DNA of 64,000 bases from an uncultured Candidatus Binatia bacterium (GCA_965213675.1 OZ243916.1:3424001-3488000), one strand, 5' to 3'. Counted from the first letter of the stretch, positions 18,875-29,455 are shown. Translations and numbers: made by a program. Notes: generated from the letters alone by a model not told the origin.

Positions 18875-19004
18875 GGAGCTTCGTGGAGGCGATTCCAAAA
18901 GAGCGATTCCATCCACGGCCTGCTGCACGTCATTGCCGCGAGAGTCTATCCGCGACCCTGATCGGGGGCGGGAGGGGCGGGTTGAGGTCGGCGCCGCAGG
19001 GCGT

Positions 19005-19574
<570 letters not shown>

Positions 19575-19683
19575 CGTGCCGCCAGTGTGGTGTTCCGCGA
19601 AACCGTGTAAGACGTCGCGCCGCCATTTTCGCCGCCGGCTGCGTGACTCCGGCGCCCGCCGTTGTGCAACCTGGCATCGGATC

Positions 19684-21189
19684 TCATGGGACAGGACACG
19701 GATCTTTTCTCCACGACTCCGCCAGTTCGATGGCCTTGAGCATGCCGCGGGCCTTGTTGAGGGTCTCCTGGTACTCCGTGTCGGGATCGGAGTCGGCGAC
19801 GATGCCGGCGCCGGCCTGGATCACCGCGGTGCCGTTGTGAAGGGTGATGGTGCGGATGGCGATGCAGGTGTCGAGGTTGCCGTTGAAGCCCAGGTAGCCC
19901 ACGGCGCCGGCGTAGAGCCCGCGCCGCTCGGGTTCCAGCTCGCTGATGATCTGCATGGCCCTGATCTTGGGCGCGCCCGATACCGTGCCCGCGGGGAAGC
20001 AGGAGCTGAACAACTCCAGCGTCGTCTTGCCTTGGTCGAGTTCCGCCTTGATGTTGGAGACGATGTGCATCACGTGGGAGTAGCGCTCGATGGTCATGAG
20101 CTGATCCACCTCCACCGAACCCACCTTGGCCACGCGCCCCACATCGTTGCGCCCGAGATCCACCAGCATGATGTGCTCGGCGCGCTCCTTGGGGTCGGCG
20201 AGGAGGTCTTCCTCCAGTTCCCGTTCCTCCCGGGCGTCCTTGCCCCGGGGGCGCGTGCCGGCGATGGGCCGCAGCGCGATCTGGCCGTTGGTGAGCCGCA
20301 CCAGGATCTCCGGCGAGGAGCCGATGATCTTGAGGTCGTCCAGCTCCAGGAAGAACATGTAGGGGGAGGGGTTGGTGAAGCGCAGCGCGCGGTAGATCTC
20401 CAGCGGCTCGGCCTGGGTCTTCGCCTCCAGCCGCTGGGACAGCACCACCTGAATCACGTCGCCGGCCGCGATATACTCTTTCCCTTGGCGCACCATGGCG
20501 CGGAACGTGTCCGGCGCGACGTTGGAGCGGTAGCGGACGCTCTCGCCGGACCCAGTGAGACCTCGGGCTTCCAGGGTGTTGGGCGATTTCCGCAGCGAGG
20601 ACCGCAGCCGCTCGATGCGGGCGACGGCCTCGCCGTAGAGGACCTGCGGGCTCTTGCCCTTGTCGATGTGAACGTTGTCGATGATGGTGATGGTGTGCTT
20701 GAGGTTGTCGAAGCTCACCAGGGTGCGCACCAGCATGAAGTAGACGTCGGGATAGCCGCTGCCGGCGCGGCGCACGGGGTTGGACACCCCGTGCAGCATG
20801 TCCACCGCGTCATAGGCCACGTACCCCAGGGCTCCGCCCGTGAACGGCAGGTCCGGGATGCCCGCCGCGGGCTGGTAGCCGTCGAGGATCTCGGCGAGGG
20901 CCTTCAGCGGGTCGTCGCAGGTCCAGGTCCGCTTTTTCCGTCCTTCGGTGACCTCCACCTCGCGCCCCCACGCCTTGAACACCATCTCGGGCGCGGTGCC
21001 CAGGAACGAATAGCGCGCCCAGCGTTCGCTCCTTTCCACGCTCTCCAGCAGGAACGAGTGCCCGCTCTTGCGCAGACGGTTGTAGAACGACACCGGCGTC
21101 TCGAGGTCCATGAGGGTTTCCTCGTACACCGGCACCACGTTTCCCTGATTGGCGAGGGCCTCGAATTCGCGGTACGAAGGTTGGATCAT
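19684..21189 (-). CDS. trpE: Anthranilate synthase component I
   Basis: LLES, NPSPYM, PIAGTRPRG, EHIMLVDLGRND, GTVSGAPK. Confidence 0.94.
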   Translation of the reverse strand: MIQPSYREFEALANQGNVVPVYEETLMDLETPVSFYNRLRKSGHSFLLESVERSERWARYSFLGTAPEMVFKAWGREVEVTEGRKKRTWTCDDPLKALAEILDGYQPAAGIPDLPFTGGALGYVAYDAVDMLHGVSNPVRRAGSGYPDVYFMLVRTLVSFDNLKHTITIIDNVHIDKGKSPQVLYGEAVARIERLRSSLRKSPNTLEARGLTGSGESVRYRSNVAPDTFRAMVRQGKEYIAAGDVIQVVLSQRLEAKTQAEPLEIYRALRFTNPSPYMFFLELDDLKIIGSSPEILVRLTNGQIALRPIAGTRPRGKDAREERELEEDLLADPKERAEHIMLVDLGRNDVGRVAKVGSVEVDQLMTIERYSHVMHIVSNIKAELDQGKTTLELFSSCFPAGTVSGAPKIRAMQIISELEPERRGLYAGAVGYLGFNGNLDTCIAIRTITLHNGTAVIQAGAGIVADSDPDTEYQETLNKARGMLKAIELAESWRKDPCPVP

Positions 21190-21371
21190 TCTGGAAGACC
21201 AACTTATCCGAAACGGCCTTGTCGCGCGAATCCCGACCCTGTCGGGTTCATCGAATCGTGGCGAGAGGCAACGCGACAGCGCCCGGTTTCGGGCGGACTT
21301 GAGGAGAAACTTGGGGAGGTCATGGGTCCTGTTGGACGAAACTCCAACCGAAATAACTCCAACAGAAATAA

Positions 21372-21426
21372 TTGACAGGATGATCGTGGATTGTCATGAT
21401 AATCCACAACTTTCTTGTGGATTATC
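21372..21426 (+). promoter_or_regulatory. sigma70-like promoter with overlapping inverted-repeat operator
   Basis: TTGACA-N17-CATGAT; perfect IR GATAATCCACAA-CTTTC-TTGTGGATTATC (21398-21426) plus a third half-site GTGGATTGTC. Confidence 0.65.
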
Positions 21427-21431
21427 GTATC

Positions 21432-22580
21432 ATGCCCTCGCCCACCATCGCGCGTTACCTCAACGCTGGAGACTTGTTGCAGCGGAGGTCTTGCTTCCTC
21501 TTCGGTCCGCGCCAGACCGGCAAGTCCACTCTGATCCGCCAACAACTCGCGGATGTCCAGGCCTACAATCTGCTCGATCAGGCGCTTTTCGTCCGTCTCT
21601 CCCGAAATCCATCCTTGATCCGGGAGGCGCTGACGCCGGCGACGCGGATGATCGTGATCGACGAAATTCAGAAGTTGCCGGTGCTGCTGAACGAAGTCCA
21701 ACTCATGATCGAGGAGCACGGCGTCCGTTTCTTCCTCACCGGCTCCAGTGCCCGCGCCTTGCGACGCAGGGGCATCAACCTGCTCGGCGGCCGGGCGCGC
21801 ACCCGTGTGCTGCATCCTTTCGTCAGTGCCGAGCTGGGTGACGACTACCATCTGCAACGCGCGATGGAGTACGGTCTCCTCCCGTCCATCCACTTCTCGG
21901 ACGAACCCGCCGAAGACCTTGCCGCTTACGCGGGTGATTACCTCAAGGAAGAGATCGCGGCCGAGGCCGTGACCCGGAATATCGGGGCCTTCAGCCGTTT
22001 CCTCGAAGTGGCGGCGCTGTCGCATGGTCAGATGGTCAACTACACTCGGGTCGCCAGCGATGCGCAGGTGCCCGCGTCCACGGTCCGGGAGTATTATGGA
22101 ATACTCAAGGATACGTTCATTGCGAGGGAGGTCGCCGCCTACACGAAGACCCGCACACGCAAGGCGGTATCCACATCGAAGTATTACCTGTTCGACATCG
22201 GGCTGGCGCGCCATCTGCAGGGGCGCCGCGGCCTGCCGCCGGGAACGCCCGAGTACGGCGAGGCGTTCGAAAGCGTCGTGTTTCAGGAAATCAGCGCGTA
22301 TTGTGACTACCATCGGATCGGCCCGCCGCGGTACTGGCGGTCGACGTCGCAGTTTGAAGTGGATTTCGTTGTCGAAGGACTCGCGGTGGAAGTGAACGCC
22401 AAACGGACGGTCTCGAACCGGGACCTGAGGGGATTGCAGGCGCTCCGCCAGGAAAACCTCCTGTCGCATTACGTGGTGGTGTCCCTGGAGCCCTTGGCTC
22501 GCCGCGTCGACGGCATCGACATCCTGCCGTGGCGCGAGTTTTTCTCCCGGCTGTGGGGCGGCGCATGGCCGCTTTCGTGA
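21432..22580 (+). CDS. AAA+ ATPase with DUF4143 domain
   Basis: GPRQTGKST, IDEIQK, TGSSAR, KYYLFDIG, EVDFVV...VEVNA. Confidence 0.9.
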   Translation: MPSPTIARYLNAGDLLQRRSCFLFGPRQTGKSTLIRQQLADVQAYNLLDQALFVRLSRNPSLIREALTPATRMIVIDEIQKLPVLLNEVQLMIEEHGVRFFLTGSSARALRRRGINLLGGRARTRVLHPFVSAELGDDYHLQRAMEYGLLPSIHFSDEPAEDLAAYAGDYLKEEIAAEAVTRNIGAFSRFLEVAALSHGQMVNYTRVASDAQVPASTVREYYGILKDTFIAREVAAYTKTRTRKAVSTSKYYLFDIGLARHLQGRRGLPPGTPEYGEAFESVVFQEISAYCDYHRIGPPRYWRSTSQFEVDFVVEGLAVEVNAKRTVSNRDLRGLQALRQENLLSHYVVVSLEPLARRVDGIDILPWREFFSRLWGGAWPLS

Positions 22581-22591
22581 AGGCGTCCGGC

Positions 22592-23041
22592 ATGAGCGCG
22601 CGGCAACGGCAGTGGCCGCTCAGCGCTCTGCTGCTGCTCTGTCTGCTGGCAGCGTGCGAGCGCGCGCCGGGGGTCGCCATCATCGGTCCGGACGGCGCGG
22701 TCAAGGCCCGGTTCAGCGTGGAACTGGCCGACACCCCGGAGAAACGGCGTTGGGGCTTGATGTACCGGAAGGACCTGGGAACCGGCGAAGGCATGTTGTT
22801 CGTTTTTCCCAACGAAGAAGATCACGCTTTCTGGATGAAGAATACCCCGTTGTCCCTGGACATGATCTTCATGGACGGGCGCCGCCGGGTGGTGGGGATC
22901 ATCCACGGCACCGTGCCGTTCTCCACGCGATCCGTGGGCGTGGGCATTCCCAGCCGCTACGTGCTGGAGGTTCGCGCCGGAACAGCGCGGCGCCACGGCA
23001 TCGCGGCGGGCGACACGGCCCGCTTCGACGGGCTGCCGTAA
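22592..23041 (+). CDS. DUF192 family protein (putative lipoprotein)
   Basis: VELADTPEKRRWGLMYR, GMLFVF, FWMKNTPLSLDMIF; LLAAC lipobox. Confidence 0.9.
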   Translation: MSARQRQWPLSALLLLCLLAACERAPGVAIIGPDGAVKARFSVELADTPEKRRWGLMYRKDLGTGEGMLFVFPNEEDHAFWMKNTPLSLDMIFMDGRRRVVGIIHGTVPFSTRSVGVGIPSRYVLEVRAGTARRHGIAAGDTARFDGLP

Positions 23042-23054
23042 GAACCCATTCGTC

Positions 23055-23217
23055 TAGTGTGGTGTCTGGTTAATTCGCGTCATAATCTGCGGGTTTTTTT
23101 CGCCGTCGGCTGCGTTGCTCTTCCTCGCGTGGTACCCGCCACTGCTCGTCATCGCGCCTTGCCGACGACAAAAAATCCTCCGCAGATTATGACGCGAATT
23201 AACCAGACACCACACTA
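23055..23217 (+). mobile_element. Family A hairpin miniature element, copy 2
   Basis: TAGTGTGGTGTCTGG...CCAGACACCACACTA, about 38-bp perfect terminal inverted arms. Confidence 0.9.
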
Positions 23218-23218
23218 C

Positions 23219-23300
23219 GGGCGACCGCGGGTCGCCCCTACCGGACTATTACCATGGCCGTCGCGGGATGGCGTCCTTCGACTTCGCTGCGCTGCCCTCG
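23219..23300. repeat. REP-like palindromes abutting family A copy 2
   Basis: GGGCGACCGCGGGTCGCCCCTA (related copies near 41305 and 44580) and CCTTCGACTTCGC. Confidence 0.55.
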
Positions 23301-23306
23301 GGACGT

Positions 23307-24374
23307 TCAGATCTCTTTGAAGAAGTACGGCCGGATGGGCTGGAGGCGGTCCTCGTAGGTGTCGGGATTCAGCAGCCACAGGGTGGCGGCGATGCTGCTC
23401 AGGAGCGAGTTTCCGTCCTGGGAGGTGAAGCACATGCCCACCACCTCCCGGTCCCCGCGCAGCGCGATGCTCTGGGTGACGATGGCGGTGTGGTTGAGGA
23501 TGCGTCCGAACAGGCCGTGGTCGCGGCCGAAGGAGAACACCGACGCCGACGACTTCTTGTTGGTGGTCGCGATGCGCGCGTTGGCGCGAATCCGCTGCAT
23601 GAGCTGATCCAGGGCGATGGCGCGCTTGAGGATCAGGTTGAAGTGGATGGTGTGCATGTATTGGGTGTTGATCTTGAGCGCGGACGAGTAGATGTTGAGA
23701 TCGAGACCCAGGGATTTGAACAGGAAGTAGGCGTCCCGTCCCTGGTGGGTGCCGAACCTCTCGTCGTCGTGGCGTCCCACCTCCGGCGCGGGAATGAAGT
23801 CCCCCTCCTGGCTGATGTCGTTGGCCCGGCGCATGCACACGAACCGCCCGGCTTCCAGGTTGTCTTCCTTCTCCGGCCCCAGGGCCAGGGTGTCGATGAG
23901 CACCGCTAGGTTGTGCGTGTTGCAGCTCACCACCTGGATGAAGCGGTCCTCCTCCCGGTCAAGGGCCGCGTCGTTGATGCCCCGGGCATACATCTTGCCG
24001 AACCCGAACTCGCTGCCCTGGGCGATGAACCCCTTGCCGTTCCGGCTGGCGTAGTGCTGGTAATGCTTCTCCTTGTTCTGGTTGCCCACGGGGGTGCAGT
24101 CCACCACCACCGACGCCCGTTCGATGGCGGCTTCCGAGTCGAACGACGGGTTCATCCCCAGCTTCACGAACTCGTCCCAATGGTCCCTTTCCACGCTCAG
24201 CCGGGCGCCCTTGCTCTGGAGCGCCGTGACCTTGGAACGGTCGGTGACCCGCGGCGTCTGCTTGTTGAACGTCACTTCGTCGACACCGAAGGCTTCCCGG
24301 AAGCTTGCCAGGATGCCGATCAGCGGCTCGCCGATGGTGCCCGTGCCCACCACGTGAACGATTTTCTGGTCCAT
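23307..24374 (-). CDS. Archaeal/class II GAPDH-like NAD(P)-dependent dehydrogenase
   Basis: VVGTGTIG, VVDCTP, AQGSE, VVSCNTHNL (catalytic Cys), RRAND, THQGRD, TQYMH. Confidence 0.75.
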   Translation of the reverse strand: MDQKIVHVVGTGTIGEPLIGILASFREAFGVDEVTFNKQTPRVTDRSKVTALQSKGARLSVERDHWDEFVKLGMNPSFDSEAAIERASVVVDCTPVGNQNKEKHYQHYASRNGKGFIAQGSEFGFGKMYARGINDAALDREEDRFIQVVSCNTHNLAVLIDTLALGPEKEDNLEAGRFVCMRRANDISQEGDFIPAPEVGRHDDERFGTHQGRDAYFLFKSLGLDLNIYSSALKINTQYMHTIHFNLILKRAIALDQLMQRIRANARIATTNKKSSASVFSFGRDHGLFGRILNHTAIVTQSIALRGDREVVGMCFTSQDGNSLLSSIAATLWLLNPDTYEDRLQPIRPYFFKEI

Positions 24375-24633
24375 GGCGTCAACTCCTCGAAACAGCCTCC
24401 AGGCGCGCGCCGCGTCGTTTGATGTTCGCTTGTATTGCCTTCACGCGGTTTGCCGTTACACTGTTGCTGACGCGGCCGGGGAGGCAAGCAGCCGCAACGG
24501 GTGTCATAGCATACGAGCACGCCTGAAGTAAGAAGAGCAGTGGTTCGGGCGTCCGCTTCCGCGGCGGCGACCCGCGGGCGGAACGGACTTTCGAACGAAT
24601 CCGGGAAGAGAATCCGGAAATAAGGGGAATCTC

Positions 24634-26121
24634 TTGGACAAAAGCGACGCGAGCCTGCCGGTCTTCTCGCCGGCGGGGTTCTTCGATGAGCGGTTCGGGG
24701 TTACCGCGCGGGACCTGGACCAAGTGCTGGGCCGGGCCATGGCCGGGCAGGCGGACTACGCCGATCTCTTTTTCGAGTACCGGACCCACGATCAGGTGCA
24801 TCTTGAAGAGGGGATGGTCAAGCACGCGTCGGTATCCACCGCCAACGGCGTGGGCGCCCGCGTGTTGGCCGAGGCCAGAACCGGGTACGCTTTCACCGAC
24901 GACGTCACCATCAAGAATCTCGACACGGCCGTGCGCACGGCCAACGTCATTGCCAACGACCGGGGATCGGCGCGTCCCCAGCGGGTGCCGGCGCCGGCCG
25001 TGCCGGGCCACGACCTCTACCCCGTGCCCCAGTCCTGGACCGACATACCCCTGCAACGGAAGATCGACGTCTTGCAGGACCTGGACCGGTTCGCGCGCCA
25101 GGCCGATCCGCGCGTCAAGGGCGTGTTCGCCACCCTGTCGCTGGAGAACAAGGTGGTGCTCATCGCTTCGTCGCAGGGGTGGGTGATGGGGGACTTCCAG
25201 CCGCTGGTGCGCTGCAACGTCCGCTGCATTGTCGAGGACAAGGGCAACCGCCAGTCCGGCTATTTCGGCTGGGGCGGACGCATGACGCTGGATGACTGCG
25301 TCGACGCGGAGTGTTGCGCAGCCAGTGCCCGCGAGGCCGTGCGCCACGCGCTGGTGAATCTCGACGCGGTGGCCGCGCCCGCCGGACCCATGGACGTGGT
25401 GCTGGGTCCCGGCTGGCCCGGCATTCTCTTGCACGAGGCCATCGGGCACGGCCTGGAGGCGGACTTCAACCGGCGCAAGACCTCGGCCTTCTCCGGACGC
25501 ATCGGCGAGCGCGTGGCCACCGAGCTGTGCACGGTGGTGGACGACGGCGCCATCCCGCGGCGGCGCGGCTCCCTCAACGTGGACGACGAGGGCACCCCCA
25601 CCCAACGCACCGTGCTCATCGAAAAGGGCATCCTGCGGGGCTACATGCACGACCGGCTGAACGCCGCCCTTCTGGGCATGGAACTCACCGGCAACGGCCG
25701 GCGCGAGAGCTACGCCCACGTCCCCATGCCGCGCATGACCAACACCTTCATGCTGGCGGGGGAGGAGGACCCCGAAGACATCATCCGTTCGGTGAAGGAC
25801 GGCCTCTACGCGGTCTCCTTCGGCGGCGGACAGGTGGACATCACCAGCGGGAAGTTCGTCTTTTCCGCCAACGAGGCGTACCGCATCGAGGACGGCAAGG
25901 TGACCCGGCCGGTGCGCGACGCCACGCTCATCGGCAACGGGCCGGACGTGCTCACTCGGGTCAGCCGGGTGGGGGCGGACCTGGCGCTGGACGACGGCAT
26001 CGGCACCTGCGGCAAGGACGGCCAGGGCGTGCCCGTGGGCGTGGGCCTGCCCACCATCCGCGTGGATCAGCTCGTGGTGGGCGGCACGTCGGTGCGTGGG
26101 CCGGGCGAAAATCAGGGCTGA
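24634..26121 (+). CDS. tldD: Metalloprotease TldD
   Basis: GWPGILLHEAIGHGLEADFNR, PMPRMTNT, GTCGKDGQGVPV. Confidence 0.95.
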   Translation: MDKSDASLPVFSPAGFFDERFGVTARDLDQVLGRAMAGQADYADLFFEYRTHDQVHLEEGMVKHASVSTANGVGARVLAEARTGYAFTDDVTIKNLDTAVRTANVIANDRGSARPQRVPAPAVPGHDLYPVPQSWTDIPLQRKIDVLQDLDRFARQADPRVKGVFATLSLENKVVLIASSQGWVMGDFQPLVRCNVRCIVEDKGNRQSGYFGWGGRMTLDDCVDAECCAASAREAVRHALVNLDAVAAPAGPMDVVLGPGWPGILLHEAIGHGLEADFNRRKTSAFSGRIGERVATELCTVVDDGAIPRRRGSLNVDDEGTPTQRTVLIEKGILRGYMHDRLNAALLGMELTGNGRRESYAHVPMPRMTNTFMLAGEEDPEDIIRSVKDGLYAVSFGGGQVDITSGKFVFSANEAYRIEDGKVTRPVRDATLIGNGPDVLTRVSRVGADLALDDGIGTCGKDGQGVPVGVGLPTIRVDQLVVGGTSVRGPGENQG

Positions 26122-26138
26122 GGCGGATCGAGGGGAAC

Positions 26139-27494
26139 ATGGAACGTTTGCCGATGGATCGGGATCTGGCGCTGGGGCTGCTGGCGCGGGCGAAGGAGAA
26201 GGGCGCCTCCCAGGTCGACGTTACGCTCGTCGAGCACCAGGGCGTTCAGGTGAAGGTGCGGCTCGGCGAGGTGGAGACCGTGAGCCAGGCCCACGAAATG
26301 CGGCTCGGTCTGCGGCTGTTTTTCGGCCAGAGCGCCGCCGCCACCTCCACGTCCGACCTGTCGCGGGCGTCGCTGGACCGTCTGGTGGACGACACCTGCG
26401 CCATGGCCCGGGCCACGGCCCGGGACGAGTTCGGCGGTCTGCCGGAAGCGGCCGAGATGGCCGGCGAGGTGCCGGACCTGGACCTGATGGACGAGGAAGG
26501 GCGCGGCCTTCCCATCGAGCACGGCATCGAGGCCGCCCGAACGGCGGAGGAACAGGCGCTGCAATGCGACCCGCGGGTGACCAACTCCGAGGGGTCCGAG
26601 TTCGCCAGCTCCTTCAACCGCATGATTCACGCCAATTCCCACGGCTTCACCGGAGAGTACGCCGCCTCCAGTTTTCACCTTTCCGTGGCCCCGGTGGCCA
26701 CGTCCAACGGCTCCATGGAACGGGACCACTGGCACACCGCCGCGCGCCGCCGCGCCGCCCTGGACTCCCCGGAGGACGTGGGCCGGGAAGCAGGCCGGCG
26801 CGTGATCCGCCGGCTGGGCGCCCGCAAGGTGCGCACCTGTGAGGCGCCGGTGGTGTTCGACGCGGCCATTGCCGGCACTTTGGTGCGGCACGTGGCCCAG
26901 GCGGTGTCCGGCTACGCGCTCTACCAGCGGGCGTCGTTTTTGTGCGACCGGCTCGGCGAGCGCGTGGCGTCCGACGTCGTCCACATCGTCGACGACGGCA
27001 CGATACCGCGGGCGCTGGGCTCGCGCCCCTTCGACGCCGAAGGCGTGGGAGTGAGGCGCAAGCACGTGGTGGAGGCCGGCTGCCTGCGAAGCTACCTGCT
27101 GGACGCCTACAGCGCCCGCAAGCTCGGCGGCCGGTCCACCGGCAACGCGACGCGGGGCGCGGGCCAACCCTCCGGAGTCTCCCCCATGAACCTCCGCCTC
27201 CTTCCCGGCGCCCACGGCCCCGAGGAAATCATCGCCTCGGTGGCGGATGGCTTCTACGTCACCGAACTCATGGGCTTCGGCTTCAACGCCGTCACCGGCA
27301 ACTACTCCAGGGGCGCGTCCGGCATCTGGATCGAGAACGGCGCGCTGGCCTACCCCGTATCCGAGCTCACCATCGCGGGAAACCTCAACGACATGCTGAA
27401 CCAGGTCGAGATGGTCGGTAACGACCTCCGCGCGCAGAGCCCAGTGGCGGCTCCCACGGTCAAGATCTCGCGCATGACGGTAGCGGGGGAGTAG
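26139..27494 (+). CDS. pmbA: TldE/PmbA protein
   Basis: SRPFDAEG, TGNYSRGASG, ELTIAGNL; follows tldD; AGGGGA RBS. Confidence 0.93.
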   Translation: MERLPMDRDLALGLLARAKEKGASQVDVTLVEHQGVQVKVRLGEVETVSQAHEMRLGLRLFFGQSAAATSTSDLSRASLDRLVDDTCAMARATARDEFGGLPEAAEMAGEVPDLDLMDEEGRGLPIEHGIEAARTAEEQALQCDPRVTNSEGSEFASSFNRMIHANSHGFTGEYAASSFHLSVAPVATSNGSMERDHWHTAARRRAALDSPEDVGREAGRRVIRRLGARKVRTCEAPVVFDAAIAGTLVRHVAQAVSGYALYQRASFLCDRLGERVASDVVHIVDDGTIPRALGSRPFDAEGVGVRRKHVVEAGCLRSYLLDAYSARKLGGRSTGNATRGAGQPSGVSPMNLRLLPGAHGPEEIIASVADGFYVTELMGFGFNAVTGNYSRGASGIWIENGALAYPVSELTIAGNLNDMLNQVEMVGNDLRAQSPVAAPTVKISRMTVAGE

Positions 27495-27697
27495 GCCCGT
27501 GAAGTCCTCAAATGGCGTCATTTTGCGGTTGATAACGGCTGAAGTCACCGTCCTGCCCATCGAACATGCGTTGGGAAATCTCCAAGAGATTCTCGCCAAC
27601 GGCGCATAAGCTCTGCCGCCAGGCGAAAGACGGCTCGCATGCAGGTGCTTCATGTCGGATCCGGATATCGTGTTAGTTTGATGATCCGATCACCGAA

Positions 27698-27955
27698 TTG
27701 ACACGACGGGACCCGCCCCTCTACTTCTGGAGAGACGCCACCGGCCACGAGATCGACATCCTGATCGGCGCCGGCGGACGGCTCGTCCCGATGGAGGTGA
27801 AGTCCGGCCGGACCGTGGCCGCCGACGCCGTCGACACCCTCGTCTGGTGGACGGCGATCCCCTCCAATCCGAACCGTGGGGGCGTCCTGGTCCACGGCGG
27901 CGAGGAGAGCTTCGACTTCAAGGGGTTCCGGGTGTTGCCGTGGTTCCTGAGGTGA
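27698..27955 (+). pseudogene. C-terminal remnant of a DUF4143 ATPase
   Basis: LYFWRDATGHEIDILI...PMEVKSG matches the DUF4143 tail; ATPase domain absent. Confidence 0.75.
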
Positions 27956-28174
27956 CGAGGCCGCAGTTTCCACTCCAAGCGTACGCCGGTCAAGAAGCAA
28001 GACAATGGTTGGTCCCCTTTCCCGTGCGCTATTGTTCAGGGAAGTGAGGTGGTCCCACGGCATGGCGCGCGCCGGAGCCGCGGAGCGTCCAGTCGTGGAG
28101 TTCTCGCGGCGTGCCTGGATTCGTTCTTGTGTTGCGTGGGCCTGGCGGGGGACGGCTCGGGAATCACGCGGCGT

Positions 28175-28384
28175 TCACAGCACCTGATAGCCTTTGCCCA
28201 GTACCACGCGCATCAGCGTGTCGATGTGGGTGACCACGGGATCGAACTCGATGACGGCGACCTGCCGCTCCACCGAGAAGTCCACTTCGGCGACGCCGGC
28301 AGTGTTCTCGAAGGCCTTGGTCAATTCGGGCACTGCGGCCTCGGTCAGGTCGCCGATGGAGATGATGGCGGTCTTGGTGTTCAT
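28175..28384 (-). CDS. Heavy-metal-associated (HMA)-fold protein lacking CxxC
   Basis: 69 aa with HMA pattern (GVAEVDFSVERQVAVIEFDP...GYQV); overlaps upstream gene by 4 nt. Confidence 0.65.
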   Translation of the reverse strand: MNTKTAIISIGDLTEAAVPELTKAFENTAGVAEVDFSVERQVAVIEFDPVVTHIDTLMRVVLGKGYQVL

Positions 28385-28878
28385 GGCGTGTCGGAACCCG
28401 CCTCGGAATGGGCGCCGGGGTTCCCTTTCAGCACTCGCTCGATGTCCTGGCCGGCACGCGCGGCGTCGGCTTCCGGTACAAGGGCTTCGAAGGCGGGAAA
28501 GAGTTGGCGTTCCTCGCTGCGGATGTGTTGCTCCAGCAGATCGCCGAAGTCGAAGAGGAACTTCTTCAACCCCCTCGCGTCGCCGGATCGGGCGATGATC
28601 TCACGGAACTTGCCATGCTCGCCTTCGAGCCGGACCACCAGGTCCCGGCACGTTTCATGGGCGGCCATCAAGGGAAAGAGCACCGTTTCCTCGGCCTCGA
28701 AGTGCGGTTTCAGGTTCTCGTTGAAGAAGCGCGACGCTTCTGCCGCGCATGCATCCAGGGCCGCGGGGTCGCCGGGGTTCAGTTGGCCGAGGGCGTACTT
28801 GCGGCAGCGCAGGGCCAGGACCAGGCCGTGGTGGTGGTCGTGGGACAGGGGAATGAGAGCGGGGTGTCGCTTGGCCAT
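28381..28878 (-). CDS. Hemerythrin-like (HHE) domain protein
   Basis: KRHPALIPLSHDHHHGL, HFEAEE...LFP, EH, HIRSEERQLFP. Confidence 0.88.
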   Translation of the reverse strand: MAKRHPALIPLSHDHHHGLVLALRCRKYALGQLNPGDPAALDACAAEASRFFNENLKPHFEAEETVLFPLMAAHETCRDLVVRLEGEHGKFREIIARSGDARGLKKFLFDFGDLLEQHIRSEERQLFPAFEALVPEADAARAGQDIERVLKGNPGAHSEAGSDTP

Positions 28879-28964
28879 GGAAATCGTGATGGAGCTCGAC
28901 GCAAATTGACCGTGCCGGGGCGATGGGCTACCCTTCCGGACACATATTCCTCGGAGGTTGTTAT

Positions 28965-29450
28965 ATGGCAGATGACATGATCGTCAAACGCGAAGTGGTC
29001 ATGGAGGCCGACGCCGAGATGCTGGAACGGCAGCAGAAGCGCGGCGAGGCGCGCGGCTTCACGGTGATGTGCGACGAGGGCGGGCGCATCGGCGGCGACA
29101 ACACGGCGCCTCCGCCCATGGCGTATTTCGCGCTTTCCGTCGGATTCTGACTACTCACCCAGCTTTCCCGGTACGGGGAAATGATGAAGGTGAAGATCCA
29201 CAAGGCGCGCGTGCACGTGACTGCGCGCTTCAGGAACGAGGGCTCGGTGCTGCGGGAGACGGTGCAGGCGGAAGGCGTCGGCGTGGAGACGAAGCTCGAT
29301 GTGGAGTCCGACGAGCCTCCGGAACGCGTGGCCGCGGTGATCCGCAACTCGGAGCAGGGCTGCTACATCATGCAGACGATTCGGAATCCGACCCCGGTGG
29401 AAACGCACGTCACGCTCAACGGAGCGGATTTCGACACGAGCCGGAAGTAG
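28965..29450 (+). CDS. OsmC-like protein, probable selenoprotein (in-frame UGA at 29148-29150)
   Basis: GGAGG RBS; [15 protein letters not shown]...SVGF-UGA-LLTQ continues in frame to CYIMQT; UGA sits at the OsmC first-Cys position. Confidence 0.85.
29151..29193 (+). promoter_or_regulatory. Candidate bacterial SECIS element
   Basis: Hairpin TTTCCC-GGTACG-GGGAAA (29164-29181) with G-led loop 19 nt after UGA; possible lower stem TCACC/GGTGA. Confidence 0.7.
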
Positions 29451-29455
29451 CCGGG

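Noticed and set aside
23057-23320. Peptide encoded by family A elements (MWCLVNSRHNLR...)
   Set aside because: No RBS, and the frame is not preserved between copies because of indels in the A-run
28923-29450. Two small separate ORFs or a nonsense pseudogene
   Set aside because: Same frame, single UGA at the catalytic Cys position and a SECIS-like hairpin favour Sec recoding
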